From contig BK006938.2 in the NCBI GenBank assembly GCA_000146045.2, forward strand, positions 1,408,001 through 1,472,000: a stretch of DNA of 64,000 nucleotides, in the 5' to 3' direction. The DNA comes from TPA_inf: Saccharomyces. Lineage: Eukaryota. Below are positions 10,550 to 21,187 of this stretch, one piece after another. The notes under the pieces are model-generated. The model had not been told where the DNA came from. It searched no databases and was given only the letters and a program-made list of their open reading frames with translations. The translations under genes and the position numbers were made by a program. Position 1 is the first letter of the stretch; each line of letters opens with the position of its first letter.

Positions 10550-12250
10550 TCAGTTGGTCAACTCATGGTAGTATTCGTCATAATGTTGTACTTCACTAGC
10601 TATTTCTGTAGCATCAAAATCTGATGTGTGTTTGGTGTCCCTAATCAAATCAGTGACTTCGTTCAGGTTCAATTCTAAAAAGTTTTCTAAGAACTGGCCA
10701 ACTTCCGTATTTTCGTGATTGCCTTGTAAATTGTTCAAGACATATGACCATGTAGCTTTCTTATTGGCGTATGCATATATGTTGACGTCGACTGCGCTGT
10801 GACCATGCGTGGTCCAGCCAATTTGGGCCCTAAATGATACCATGTCATTCAGTTTGTCTTGGATAGCATTTGCGTTGTCATCCAAATGAATTAATGTTTC
10901 TAAATCGCTATCCGTGTAATCGTAAATACCCAAATCTTTTTCCAGGATCTCATGTTTGATGAAATTTTCTATTTTGCTGCTTGCGCCCTTATGCTCATGA
11001 ACAAAATCTACTAGTTTTCTTTTCAAAAACTCACCTGAATGGGTGGCGTTGGCGAGCACCTGTGGATACCAGACATACTGAGGATAGCTAGCAGTGACTT
11101 GTCTTGAAGTGACTAAACCACCCGTTTCATGATCCGACGTAGAGACCAAAACAGTCTCCGTATCGGAATTTTCAGCAAACTCCAAAACGTATTGGAATGC
11201 TTCATCGAAAGCCAACACCTCCCTTACCTGCGAAGCTGGATCGTTTTGGTGACCAGCATGATCAATTCTGGAGCCTTCCACCATTAAGAAAAACCCATTA
11301 GAATCTTTGTCCTCATTGGAAGCTTTTTCCAAGGCACCCAAAGCCACCTTGACTTGTTCCTTAAGGGAAGGATACTCCTTTTCATCTCTGTCAATTTCAA
11401 AAGGAATGTCGTTATCTGCAAAGAGACCCAAGAAAGGTAAAGTAACGTTTTCACCGTGGCTTTTCAACAAAGAATCAAAATTTTTACGGTCACCCACGTA
11501 CTGCCAGCCATTAGATTGAGCCTCATCGATTAAATCTCTTCCATCTTTTCTAGCACCGTGGTGACCATATGGAGAAGCCTTTTCGCCTTGAGGGTAGAAA
11601 TGGCTCCTGCCGCCACCCATGAGTAAGTCTACTACTCTCCCCAGAGGATATTCGCCTAACTGGTGCGTAGCGATAAGATCTTCCTGCCATCTGTAATCAA
11701 CATGTGAACTGAATGAAGCCGGAGTGGCATCTGTGATTCTTGTCGTAACAACAAGCCCAGTGAGATAACCTGCTAACTTAGCCGCCTCGAGCACTGTACC
11801 ACAAGGTCTGTGATGCGGATCAACACCGATGGCCCCATTATAGCTCTTTAATGCACATGCAAATGCGGTGGCGCCCGCAGCTGAGTCAGTGACTAGTGAG
11901 TCCGAGGACCTTGTTCTCGAAGACCCGATAAAATGCTCGTCAAGTGTCAGGATGTCGTCTATAGGTAAATCATTAACATGCTGGTTGAATGATCTTGCCA
12001 TGGACAAAGACGCAGGTCCCATCCCATCCGTCACGAAGAATATGACATTCTTCTTCTTGTGTGATGCAGAACGTAATGCAAAACTGCTTGGAAATGCCAG
12101 TTGCACTAAAACCAGCAACAAACCAATACAGACCACAGTGGATACTATTATCTTTGATCTCTTCGAGATCCGTCTCTTTTTAGGACGAGAGCTCGAGTCA
12201 GATCCAGGAACAAGACGTGTCTGTTCGCTTGGTAATGTGTGAGTCATCAT
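10550..12250 (-). CDS. PHO8: PHO8, repressible vacuolar alkaline phosphatase (566 aa)
   Basis: The sequence has an N-terminal cytosolic tail, a TM anchor (IIVSTVVCIGLLLVLVQLAF), and the alkaline phosphatase active-site region VTDSAAGATAF. Length is exactly 566 aa. Confidence 0.96.
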   Translation of the reverse strand: MMTHTLPSEQTRLVPGSDSSSRPKKRRISKRSKIIVSTVVCIGLLLVLVQLAFPSSFALRSASHKKKNVIFFVTDGMGPASLSMARSFNQHVNDLPIDDILTLDEHFIGSSRTRSSDSLVTDSAAGATAFACALKSYNGAIGVDPHHRPCGTVLEAAKLAGYLTGLVVTTRITDATPASFSSHVDYRWQEDLIATHQLGEYPLGRVVDLLMGGGRSHFYPQGEKASPYGHHGARKDGRDLIDEAQSNGWQYVGDRKNFDSLLKSHGENVTLPFLGLFADNDIPFEIDRDEKEYPSLKEQVKVALGALEKASNEDKDSNGFFLMVEGSRIDHAGHQNDPASQVREVLAFDEAFQYVLEFAENSDTETVLVSTSDHETGGLVTSRQVTASYPQYVWYPQVLANATHSGEFLKRKLVDFVHEHKGASSKIENFIKHEILEKDLGIYDYTDSDLETLIHLDDNANAIQDKLNDMVSFRAQIGWTTHGHSAVDVNIYAYANKKATWSYVLNNLQGNHENTEVGQFLENFLELNLNEVTDLIRDTKHTSDFDATEIASEVQHYDEYYHELTN

Positions 12251-12430
12251 GCTGCTAATGCGCGTTCAAATAATGTCCCGTATGCTGATATGTAAATGTT
12301 TATGTAGCCACTTGCTGGCAAAATGTGGAGCACGAAAAAATATAAACGTTTAGATACACTTCTTTCTTTATATACTAAAATCCCTTTACTTTTCCTCTAC
12401 GCGCGAAGCTTATCGCTATCGTCAATGCTG

Positions 12431-12838
12431 CTATTCATGTCGATGCTGCTCTTCCGTTAGACGCGCCTTACGAGGGGTGTACAAAGAGGACATCCGCTGC
12501 TGTTCTTGCCACTCGTTCGTCAGTTTTGCCCTCAACGCTTCACATTTCTTGTCAATCTGCTCTTCCGAGAGCGTTTCTTCCTCCTCCAGTCGGTCCCGTA
12601 GCTCGCTAACTTGTACTTCAATCTCACGTTTCTCCATATGAGTCTCTATCTGTTTCTGCACAGCAAGAGGCCTGCTTGCCTTGTCATGGCTGGCCTTTTT
12701 GATCGCATTTTGTCGTTGTTGCCGCTGCTGTTGACTACCCTGTGGTCTGCGCCTATTGTTGCTAGCAAGTGATCGCTGCACGTGGCCCGACGTAGATGAC
12801 CCTTTTGCCGACTTGAGCCCTATTCCGTTGTACGACAT
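12431..12838 (-). CDS. CWC21: CWC21, spliceosome-associated protein (135 aa)
   Basis: 135-aa ORF MSYNGIGLKSAKGSSTSGHVQRSLASNNRRR... containing the cwf21 motif. It lies immediately upstream of PHO8 on the same strand. Confidence 0.92.
   Translation of the reverse strand: MSYNGIGLKSAKGSSTSGHVQRSLASNNRRRPQGSQQQRQQRQNAIKKASHDKASRPLAVQKQIETHMEKREIEVQVSELRDRLEEEETLSEEQIDKKCEALRAKLTNEWQEQQRMSSLYTPRKARLTEEQHRHE
12779..12784 (-). promoter_or_regulatory. PHO8: Pho4 E-box (CACGTG; CACGTGGC) at about -532 of PHO8, candidate UASp2, located inside the CWC21 coding region
   Basis: GCTGCACGTGGCCCGA is the only CACGTG within ~800 bp upstream of the PHO8 ATG (12250). Its centre is ~532 nt upstream, the published position of the high-affinity PHO8 UASp2. 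Confidence 0.6.
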
Positions 12839-13156
12839 GACTGGACGGTGATGCAGTAGCTGTTAACCGTCGAATGGTATTGTGTAGAGCTCAAATTAGG
12901 ATTACACAGATTATAATACCACACTTATAGTGCCATTCTTGAGGTCTTACTTGATTCTTCCTTGCCTTTACCCGCACGCTTAATATAATTTTTCCTTCTT
13001 ATCTGCTACGCCTTCTTCTAGTAGGAAAAAAAAAAGAAATTTGGTGAAGAAACAGTCTGAAAAGGAGATAATTTGCGATTTAATTCGTTTATACATTTTA
13101 TGAATCTATAATACTGGAAGTGATATCCATATTCGCAAGCAGTTCCACTCGAAAGC

Positions 13157-14485
13157 ATGGCCCTCTTTCTCAGTAAGAGACTGTTGAGATTTACCGTCAT
13201 TGCAGGTGCGGTTATTGTTCTCCTCCTAACATTGAATTCCAACAGTAGAACTCAGCAATATATTCCGAGTTCCATCTCCGCTGCATTTGATTTTACCTCA
13301 GGATCTATATCCCCTGAACAACAAGTCATCTCTGAGGAAAATGATGCTAAAAAATTAGAGCAAAGTGCTCTGAATTCAGAGGCAAGCGAAGACTCCGAAG
13401 CCATGGATGAAGAATCCAAGGCTCTGAAAGCTGCCGCTGAAAAGGCAGATGCCCCGATCGACACTAAAACAACCATGGATTATATCACTCCATCTTTTGC
13501 TAACAAAGCTGGTAAGCCAAAAGCTTGTTACGTCACTTTGGTGAGAAACAAGGAGTTGAAAGGTTTGCTAAGCTCCATTAAATATGTGGAAAACAAAATT
13601 AACAAGAAATTCCCATATCCTTGGGTTTTCCTAAACGATGAACCTTTTACTGAAGAATTCAAGGAAGCAGTCACCAAAGCTGTTTCTTCCGAAGTTAAGT
13701 TTGGTATTTTGCCCAAGGAACATTGGTCATATCCTGAATGGATTAATCAAACCAAGGCTGCTGAAATTCGTGCAGATGCTGCCACCAAATACATATACGG
13801 TGGCTCCGAATCTTATAGACACATGTGTCGTTACCAATCTGGGTTTTTCTGGAGACATGAATTATTAGAAGAGTACGATTGGTACTGGCGTGTGGAACCA
13901 GACATCAAGTTATACTGTGATATTAATTACGACGTTTTTAAGTGGATGCAAGAAAACGAAAAAGTTTACGGCTTTACCGTTTCTATTCATGAATATGAAG
14001 TGACGATCCCAACACTATGGCAAACGTCCATGGATTTCATCAAAAAGAACCCCGAATACTTAGATGAAAACAACCTGATGAGTTTTCTTTCGAACGATAA
14101 TGGTAAAACATACAATCTGTGCCATTTCTGGTCAAACTTTGAAATTGCAAACTTGAATTTGTGGAGGTCACCAGCCTACAGAGAGTATTTTGACACTTTG
14201 GATCATCAAGGTGGATTTTTCTACGAAAGATGGGGCGATGCTCCCGTTCATTCTATTGCTGCTGCTTTGTTTTTGCCAAAGGATAAAATCCATTATTTTT
14301 CAGACATTGGTTACCATCATCCACCTTATGATAACTGCCCATTGGACAAGGAGGTCTATAACAGTAACAACTGTGAATGTGACCAAGGTAATGATTTCAC
14401 TTTCCAAGGTTACTCTTGTGGTAAGGAATATTATGATGCTCAAGGGTTGGTAAAGCCAAAAAACTGGAAAAAATTCCGTGAGTAG
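13157..14485 (+). CDS. KRE2: KRE2/MNT1, Golgi alpha-1,2-mannosyltransferase (442 aa)
   Basis: Type II membrane topology (signal-anchor LLRFTVIAGAVIVLLL) and the conserved GT15 catalytic region (YVTLVRNKEL, FLNDEPF, HMCRYQSGFF). Length is exactly 442 aa. Confidence 0.96.
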   Translation: MALFLSKRLLRFTVIAGAVIVLLLTLNSNSRTQQYIPSSISAAFDFTSGSISPEQQVISEENDAKKLEQSALNSEASEDSEAMDEESKALKAAAEKADAPIDTKTTMDYITPSFANKAGKPKACYVTLVRNKELKGLLSSIKYVENKINKKFPYPWVFLNDEPFTEEFKEAVTKAVSSEVKFGILPKEHWSYPEWINQTKAAEIRADAATKYIYGGSESYRHMCRYQSGFFWRHELLEEYDWYWRVEPDIKLYCDINYDVFKWMQENEKVYGFTVSIHEYEVTIPTLWQTSMDFIKKNPEYLDENNLMSFLSNDNGKTYNLCHFWSNFEIANLNLWRSPAYREYFDTLDHQGGFFYERWGDAPVHSIAAALFLPKDKIHYFSDIGYHHPPYDNCPLDKEVYNSNNCECDQGNDFTFQGYSCGKEYYDAQGLVKPKNWKKFRE

Positions 14486-14762
14486 AAATCTTGGAACATA
14501 CTGTTTCTTTGTTTTGACTTTATACTTTCTATTTATATTTTATTTTTATAACTGGTTAAGTACACATAGGACTGCGTATCAAACATATAAGTGAGGCAAT
14601 CCACATTTTTTTTAAAGATTCGAATATTTTTATTCTCATTAGCGTATTCCGAGAATAGTTCGAAAAAATATAAGGTATATCAAGAGTTTTTACAAGTGAG
14701 AGGAAAGAGGAATAAGCTATAAGCAACAAAAGCGTAAAAAAATTAGCTGAAGACATAGAACT

Positions 14763-16688
14763 ATGGATGTTCTCAAAGAGGTGTTGTCACTAGACCAAGA
14801 TAAATTTGACCAGCTGAAGGAAACGAGCCGAGATAAAACAAATGAAACGGATGATCCTTTTGAAAACTATTTGAAGGATTGTAAATTTAAAGCGCCTTCA
14901 AACAAAGATCAGTCACCATTTGCTAAACTTAAATCATTACAGGAAACTCATTCTAACAATGAAGCGGCTATTAATATAATTATTCCTCAATTGATTGATT
15001 ACTTAACCGAATTCACTAATAGGTTATCAAATTACACACAAGATTTAGACTTCATTAAAAAAAAGTCCAATGAATTACAGTCATTGCTCGAATACAACTC
15101 CACTAAACTGGCACATATCTCTCCTATGGTTAATGATTTGATGATTCCTCCTGAACTCATTGATGACATCATTAAAGGGAAGATCAATGAAAGCTGGCAG
15201 GATAATATAACATTCATAGCAGATAAAGAAGAAATTTATAACAAGTATAGGTCCAATAATCTCGATCAAGACAACAAGGACGCAGAAAATTCAGCAATGC
15301 TAGCACCAAAGGATTTTGATAAGTTATGTCAACTCCTGGACATCCTAAAAAATGTTATTCTAGAAAGGTCGAAAAGACTTATTATTTCCAAAATCAAAAC
15401 TTTGAGGAGTCATAACCCAGTACCATCGCAAAGGATACAAAACAAATTATTAAAAGTTCAAAAAATTTTCCCCTTCATAAGAGATAATAATCTCTCCTTA
15501 GCCCTTGAGTTAAGACAGGCATATTGTTACACAATGAAATGGTATTATAGAGAATACTTTTCTAGATATATCAGGTCATTGACTATTTTGCAATTTCAAC
15601 AAATCGACTCGCAATTTGCATTGGGTAATGGCCTTTCTACAACTTCAGTGAGTGGGTTTAACAATTCACCATCATTGTTTTTCTCAAATTATCTAACTAC
15701 ATCCGCTTCAAATGCTTTCTATAATAAACTCCCTGTAACAGATGAGAAAATTGATAAATACTTTCAGATAAAGAAAAGATTGAACATTTTAACACAAGAA
15801 GACAATACGGTAATGGTATCCCAAATTGCAGAAAATAACACAACGAAAAACTACATTGAAATTGGATTTAAAAATTTAAACCTTGCAATTTTAGATAACT
15901 GTACGGTGGAGTACCATTTTTTAAAAGATTTCTTCGCTATGAATGGCGATAATTTTGAGGAAATTAATGGTTTATTGGAACAAATATTTCAACCAACTTT
16001 TGATGAAGCCACAACATACACTCAACAACTGATCCAATATAATTATGACATTTTTGGTGTATTAATAAGTATTCGTGTGGCCAATCAATTACAATTTGAA
16101 TCAGAAAGGAGAGGAATACCGTCTATGTTTGATAGTTTCTTGAATGGTCAATTAATTCAATTATGGCCTCGATTTCAGCAATTGGTCGATTTTCAATGCG
16201 AGAGCTTACGAAAAGCGGCAATAACTACAAATGTGGCAAAATATGCCGGCAACTCAAGCACATCCAATAGTAGCCCTTTGACCTCACCTCATGAGTTAAC
16301 TGTACAGTTCGGTAAATTTTTATCAAGCTTCTTGACGTTGGCAATAACACATAAGCAGTCCATAGACGAAAGATCTGAACCCTTATACAATTCCATCATT
16401 AGATTAAGAAATGATTTCGAAACAGTCATGACAAAGTGCAGTAAAAAGACGAAATCACCAGAAAGATTTCTGGCTACAAATTACATGTATTTATACAATA
16501 ACCTACAGCAATTGCATCTACATTTAAATATAAATGACTCGGATGCACAAAACTACAATTTTGATTCTGCTGAAAATGTTGGTACGAAAGTTGCGAATGA
16601 CGACGATAATGATTCAAGCGTACCACTAATAATCAGAGAGACCGAAAATCATTTCAAAACTTTAGTTGAAGCTTTCACCAGAAATTGA
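14763..16688 (+). CDS. VPS52: VPS52, GARP complex subunit (641 aa)
   Basis: 641-aa ORF MDVLKEVLSLDQDKFDQLKETSRDK... Size and position match YDR484W. Confidence 0.9.
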   Translation: MDVLKEVLSLDQDKFDQLKETSRDKTNETDDPFENYLKDCKFKAPSNKDQSPFAKLKSLQETHSNNEAAINIIIPQLIDYLTEFTNRLSNYTQDLDFIKKKSNELQSLLEYNSTKLAHISPMVNDLMIPPELIDDIIKGKINESWQDNITFIADKEEIYNKYRSNNLDQDNKDAENSAMLAPKDFDKLCQLLDILKNVILERSKRLIISKIKTLRSHNPVPSQRIQNKLLKVQKIFPFIRDNNLSLALELRQAYCYTMKWYYREYFSRYIRSLTILQFQQIDSQFALGNGLSTTSVSGFNNSPSLFFSNYLTTSASNAFYNKLPVTDEKIDKYFQIKKRLNILTQEDNTVMVSQIAENNTTKNYIEIGFKNLNLAILDNCTVEYHFLKDFFAMNGDNFEEINGLLEQIFQPTFDEATTYTQQLIQYNYDIFGVLISIRVANQLQFESERRGIPSMFDSFLNGQLIQLWPRFQQLVDFQCESLRKAAITTNVAKYAGNSSTSNSSPLTSPHELTVQFGKFLSSFLTLAITHKQSIDERSEPLYNSIIRLRNDFETVMTKCSKKTKSPERFLATNYMYLYNNLQQLHLHLNINDSDAQNYNFDSAENVGTKVANDDDNDSSVPLIIRETENHFKTLVEAFTRN

Positions 16689-16819
16689 TGAATGTAACGA
16701 TTGTATAAGACATGGAGCGTATAAAGTATATTTTTATGTAAAATGATCTTTATGATTTCTTATTTTGTGTGGAATATAGTCAAATGTTTAACGACCTACC
16801 ATTATATAGTCTGTCTCAA

Positions 16820-19207
16820 TTAAAATCCTTCAGGAACACCTTTTGCAGGTCTTTGACTTAAATCAAGGTAAATACCGCCGTTTTTGAACCCAAACCACTT
16901 GAATCTCACTTGATCGTCACTATCCTCATTTGTCGTTTCATCACGCTTGATATCTGACCTTCCCTCCTCCTTAGAAATAGGATCTTGAATCCGCTGAATA
17001 ATTTTATAAGCTTCCACATCAGAATAAGGCACACCAGTCCTTGGATCAAAGTACTGACATTCTTTATTTGTGATTAAACATTTTTTTCTTATACCATTGG
17101 CTAAGAAGACACCCGTTGGAGGCTGTGTTTTAATTTTGATTTCCAAATCCTTATTTATCTCTGTGTTGATTTGATGGACTATTTTCTTATCGTATTCCCC
17201 AAAAGATGGGAAATTTGCCAGAGCTGACAGATCAAGTGATATATCTACGGTAGGAGACGGTACTGAAGACTGAGGAGGTGATGGTAAAATGGAGTGGAAA
17301 ACAGTTTTCATATCTTGTGGACGCTGAGTGGCGGATAACCCATTTGTGTATGACCATCGATCACCAAATAAGTTTGTGTTAAAATCTTTTAGATTTGGAG
17401 GAGCATTAGGAAAATCATAAAGTGTAACAAAGTTCCTTGAGGTTAATTGCTCAGGCCCTTCGTAGGTCTGTGTTGATAAAGAGTTTTCCGCGGAAGATTC
17501 ATCAACATTAGCTGTATCTTTTTTTGAGGGTGACTCTTCAGTATCGATTATGGCCACTTGCGGATGGTCGGTAAACGTTACTTGTTTCAAGAAAGAAACA
17601 TCAGTATTGCTTTTGGTCTCTTGTGGTACATTATGAGATAAGTTCTCGATGCCTTCGGTTTTCAGACAAGGTTCAGGCTCTCCTTTTATATCCGTATCCG
17701 GAGAGATCAATATAGTATCTTCAGTGCCAGTGGAGTTTGATGGTGTAGGTGTTGCAGAATTATCCCTTTGTGAGACCACTTGGGCAGCAGGTGATGAGTT
17801 TTCAAAAGTATTTTCCCTGCTCTCGAGAGCACTTACCATTTCATCTTTAATTTCTTCATTATGTAAATTTTGTATCGGTTCGCCTACATTGGTAATTTTT
17901 TGCTCATTAGTTATTATATTCTTTTGTGGTTGGCTGTTGGGAGCTTCATCAACGGTACTCTGCTTGTTTGCAATTGCGTCCAATGTAACATCAGGTAATG
18001 CTGTTGGCTTTAATTCGTCTGAATTTACTCTACTCACCGCTGCATCTGGACTCGATTCTCCTTCAACTGTATCGTTAGTAGAAGTTTCCTCAATCCTTTT
18101 CTGGTTGTGTACAGATGAAGAATTCTCACCCAAAGAATTCACGTCGCCATCGTTCTTTATCGATTCTTCACTCTCCCGCTTTTTATCATCTGATGCGTCC
18201 TGTTTTCCGAGATTTAAATTCTTCTTTGGCTTCCTCGGATATTTTTTCTTCTTCTTATCACGTTTATTCAATTGTTCCTGCCAATATTTACGATCTTCTA
18301 ACTCCATCGCTGGCGTCATTAGCCAAGCAGTAGATAAAAATTGCAGTATAGTCTCATTTGGCTGGAATTTCTGCTTTTGTCTTTTCTGCAAAGCTAGACG
18401 ATTCTCCTTTTTCCAAACTTCTTGTTCCTTGAACTTATCCAGTGACAAAATATTCAGCTTCTCAGTCTCCTTGGCAATCCGTAGCCTCTCTTCTTGTGTC
18501 AGCATATGCTGAGACTCCTGCTCCTTGTGTTTCCTTATTCTTTCTTGTATAATTTTTCTCTTTTTTTCAGCTTTAGACAATTTCTCATAAACTTTCATCG
18601 TGTTTTCCATTACCGATGATCTTTTAGAAGTTCTCCTTGTATTTAATAGTAACGTCTCTGCGTTTAATTGTTCATGGGTATGGTGCGATCTTGGTATAGC
18701 TTCTCCTGACTTAGGCTTAGGTTTTTGTTTTTTGATTACAACGGGACCCTTCTGTAATCTCTTGTTTCTTTTCTTTCTTGAAAGTAGTTCTTGTCTTCGT
18801 ATTTCCTTTTCCTCTGCATCTTCATCATTCTCGTTGCTGGAGTCCTCAGATTCGCTACTGCTGAACATTAAGTCATCGGCTGCTTGCTCACTTGAAGCCT
18901 GAGAGGGCTCTTTCCTTATACTTTGAGTCTCATCTTCTTTTTCTTCCCCTTCATCATCGTCATCTTTTGCCATCATTTCGAAATCTTCATCATCTTCATC
19001 TTCCTGAAACAACAGCCCTATTTCATCTTCTTCATCATCATTACCATTCTTATAGGAAGAAATTTGTCTTTTGGTAGATTCTATATCTCTTAGCTCCTGC
19101 TCCAATAGTTTTTGTAATTTATTACCGGCATTAGACCTCCTAGATCGTGTTTGTATAATAAATTCTGTGTTAGTATCTAGACTTTTATCAGCACCTTCAT
19201 CACTCAT
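16820..19207 (-). CDS. VPS72: VPS72/SWC2, SWR1-complex H2A.Z-binding subunit (795 aa as annotated; an in-frame upstream ATG at 19252 would give 810 aa)
   Basis: Highly acidic N-terminus (DDEEDEIGLLFQEDEDDEDFEMMAKDDDDEGEEKEDE) and a K/R-rich middle. I recall 795 aa starting MSDEGADKS, which corresponds to the ATG at 19205-19207. A genuine ATG also exists 45 nt upstream (MNTNRSETEANSQCT-MSDEG). Confidence 0.85.
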   Translation of the reverse strand: MSDEGADKSLDTNTEFIIQTRSRRSNAGNKLQKLLEQELRDIESTKRQISSYKNGNDDEEDEIGLLFQEDEDDEDFEMMAKDDDDEGEEKEDETQSIRKEPSQASSEQAADDLMFSSSESEDSSNENDEDAEEKEIRRQELLSRKKRNKRLQKGPVVIKKQKPKPKSGEAIPRSHHTHEQLNAETLLLNTRRTSKRSSVMENTMKVYEKLSKAEKKRKIIQERIRKHKEQESQHMLTQEERLRIAKETEKLNILSLDKFKEQEVWKKENRLALQKRQKQKFQPNETILQFLSTAWLMTPAMELEDRKYWQEQLNKRDKKKKKYPRKPKKNLNLGKQDASDDKKRESEESIKNDGDVNSLGENSSSVHNQKRIEETSTNDTVEGESSPDAAVSRVNSDELKPTALPDVTLDAIANKQSTVDEAPNSQPQKNIITNEQKITNVGEPIQNLHNEEIKDEMVSALESRENTFENSSPAAQVVSQRDNSATPTPSNSTGTEDTILISPDTDIKGEPEPCLKTEGIENLSHNVPQETKSNTDVSFLKQVTFTDHPQVAIIDTEESPSKKDTANVDESSAENSLSTQTYEGPEQLTSRNFVTLYDFPNAPPNLKDFNTNLFGDRWSYTNGLSATQRPQDMKTVFHSILPSPPQSSVPSPTVDISLDLSALANFPSFGEYDKKIVHQINTEINKDLEIKIKTQPPTGVFLANGIRKKCLITNKECQYFDPRTGVPYSDVEAYKIIQRIQDPISKEEGRSDIKRDETTNEDSDDQVRFKWFGFKNGGIYLDLSQRPAKGVPEGF

Positions 19208-19430
19208 CGTGCACTGTGAATTTGCTTCGGTTTCACTTCTATTTGTATTCATTAGACTACATGGTGCTTTCTGCTTACTGTTTTTTCCATCAGGATTTTT
19301 TTAACAAAGAAAAAAGAAAACTACTAAAACCTAAATAAGGTACATATTTTGGCTTACCAGCAAAGAGAATATAAAGAAAAGGGAAAGGAGAGAAAAATTC
19401 TGAATATGCAACTTTGTGTGCTTTTTGTTT

Positions 19431-20120
19431 TCACTGAGCGCTTTCTAAAGCTTTATTTTTGTCTTCAGTATCTAAGTTTGGCTCTTCATCAATAAAAGCC
19501 GGTGGCGCATTCGCACCTAGTAAGTAACTGGGCATATCGTTACCTAATGAGTTTTCGCTGGTTGGCAAAGTGAAATCCTCTTGTGCCAGAGCATCCAGCT
19601 CTGCATCCAGCTCTGCATCACTAATGTCGTCGAGCTCGCCACTGTTATTATTCATTGCCAAGACTTCTTGCAGCTCATCCCCTTGTTCTATTAAATCCAG
19701 CATCTCATCCTGCATGTCCTGTAGTTTGTCGATATTTATCTTGCCGTATTGAGCCTTCATGGCATTGTTTGTTTGCTTTAGTGCGTTTATAGTGATCATT
19801 GTGTTCTGTAAGTTATCATTTGTTAACTGGGCTTGCGTCATGGACCAGGATTGAGAATCTAAAGAATCCTTCATATTTTCTAACTGTTTACGTTTATTTA
19901 AAATCTTCAAAGCCTGTTTTCTTAACGAGGGTTGCTTGTTGTTTGATCTTTGCAAATTCTTTTGAATATTTTGCAGCTGGAAGTTTAACTGGGCGATTTG
20001 AGTATCTAACTGGGATATTCTGTTCGATAGTGATTGTTGGGCCTGATTCATGGACTGATTCGACTCTTGTAAGAGCTGATCATGGCTCTTTTTGTTCCCA
20101 TATCCGAAAATCCTGTTCAT
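19431..20120 (-). CDS. VPS60: VPS60/MOS10, ESCRT-III-related Snf7-family protein (229 aa)
   Basis: ORF 19431..20261 begins at a TTG. The first ATG at 20118-20120 (MNRIFGYGNKKSHDQLLQESNQ...) gives 229 aa. The protein shows Snf7-like coiled-coil composition. Confidence 0.88.
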   Translation of the reverse strand: MNRIFGYGNKKSHDQLLQESNQSMNQAQQSLSNRISQLDTQIAQLNFQLQNIQKNLQRSNNKQPSLRKQALKILNKRKQLENMKDSLDSQSWSMTQAQLTNDNLQNTMITINALKQTNNAMKAQYGKINIDKLQDMQDEMLDLIEQGDELQEVLAMNNNSGELDDISDAELDAELDALAQEDFTLPTSENSLGNDMPSYLLGANAPPAFIDEEPNLDTEDKNKALESAQ

Positions 20121-20353
20121 AATTGCCTTGAAGAGTTTATAACTGTGTTTCAACCAATCTTGGCTTCCTCCTATTACTACTTTTTTTAGATGTACTTTTT
20201 CTCTTGCTAAAAATCCCATATTTTTGTATGGCTGAAAAACATAGAGGAAGAAAAAGGTCAAAAAACAAAAGATATATACAAAGTTACAAATATATACATG
20301 TATATATGTGTGAGTCTGTTGTGATAGAATGAATGGAGAAAATGTTCACCAGA

Positions 20354-20980
20354 TTATTTCTTCAAATATTGGGCCAATTCTTCGATGGAGATCAAAGGAA
20401 TGCCATGTTTCTTACCAAACGCTTGGCAGTCATTTAATCTCATCATAGTTCCTTGTTCGTCATCGTTAACCAATTCGCCAATAACAGCGACGGGACTTAG
20501 TCCACTTAGTTTACACAAATCGACACCGGCCTCAGTGTGGCCTCTTCTCTGCAAAACACCGCCATCAGCGGCTCTCAAGGGACAGATGTGCCCTGGTTTT
20601 AAAAATGATTTTGGCGTAGAGGAAGAGTCTGCAAGAGCCCTACAAGTCATCGACCTGTCGTGAGCAGAAATACCTGTGGTAGTGCCTTGGGCTACATCTA
20701 CAGTTATTGTGTATGCAGTTCCATGCCTGTCGTCATCATTGGATTCAAACTTCATGCCTGTTCTCAGTAGTGGAAGGTCCAACTTATCAGCAATGGCATT
20801 CGTCATAGGTGCACAGACGTAGCCTGAGGAATGGCGTACAAGAAAGGCCATTTGTTCAGTGCTGACATTTTCAGCAGCGCAAATAAGATCACCTTCATTT
20901 TCACGACCGGCATCGTCCATAACAATTACAAACTTATTCTGCTTGAAGTGTTCTATAGCTTGATCAATTGGTGTAAACAT
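20354..20980 (-). CDS. RIB3: RIB3, 3,4-dihydroxy-2-butanone-4-phosphate synthase (208 aa)
   Basis: MFTPIDQAIEHFKQNKFVIVMDDAGRENEGDLICAAE... is the canonical DHBP synthase signature (RENEGDL). Length is exactly 208 aa. Confidence 0.95.
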   Translation of the reverse strand: MFTPIDQAIEHFKQNKFVIVMDDAGRENEGDLICAAENVSTEQMAFLVRHSSGYVCAPMTNAIADKLDLPLLRTGMKFESNDDDRHGTAYTITVDVAQGTTTGISAHDRSMTCRALADSSSTPKSFLKPGHICPLRAADGGVLQRRGHTEAGVDLCKLSGLSPVAVIGELVNDDEQGTMMRLNDCQAFGKKHGIPLISIEELAQYLKK

Positions 20981-21187
20981 TTTCGACGTTGCCTTTTCTT
21001 CTTTTCCTTTCCTTTTTTTTAGCCTTCTGCTTTTTGTTGGAGATATTTACATTCACCTCACATATATACGCCAATGAAAATTTCACAATAGCACGTATAT
21101 TAATAATAGCCTTGCTTTTTTTTATCAATTCTCGCTAAGAAATTACTCATCAGGCAATAACCTATGCTCACCCGCCTCGAAGCGGCG

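Noticed and set aside
12970-12985. Possible second (low-affinity) Pho4 site for PHO8 near -728 (GCACGCT)
   Set aside because: The sequence at the expected position is CACGCT rather than CACGTT/CACGTG. I cannot support it from sequence alone.
17649-18512. 287-aa ORF on the plus strand antisense to VPS72 (S/L/F-rich)
   Set aside because: It lies entirely within the VPS72 coding region. Its composition (Ser/Leu/Phe-rich, no recognisable domain) is what results from reading GAA/GAT/AAG-rich acidic/lysine coding sequence on the opposite strand. The other antisense ORFs (18600..18902, 18892..19077, 19071..19304) have the same origin.
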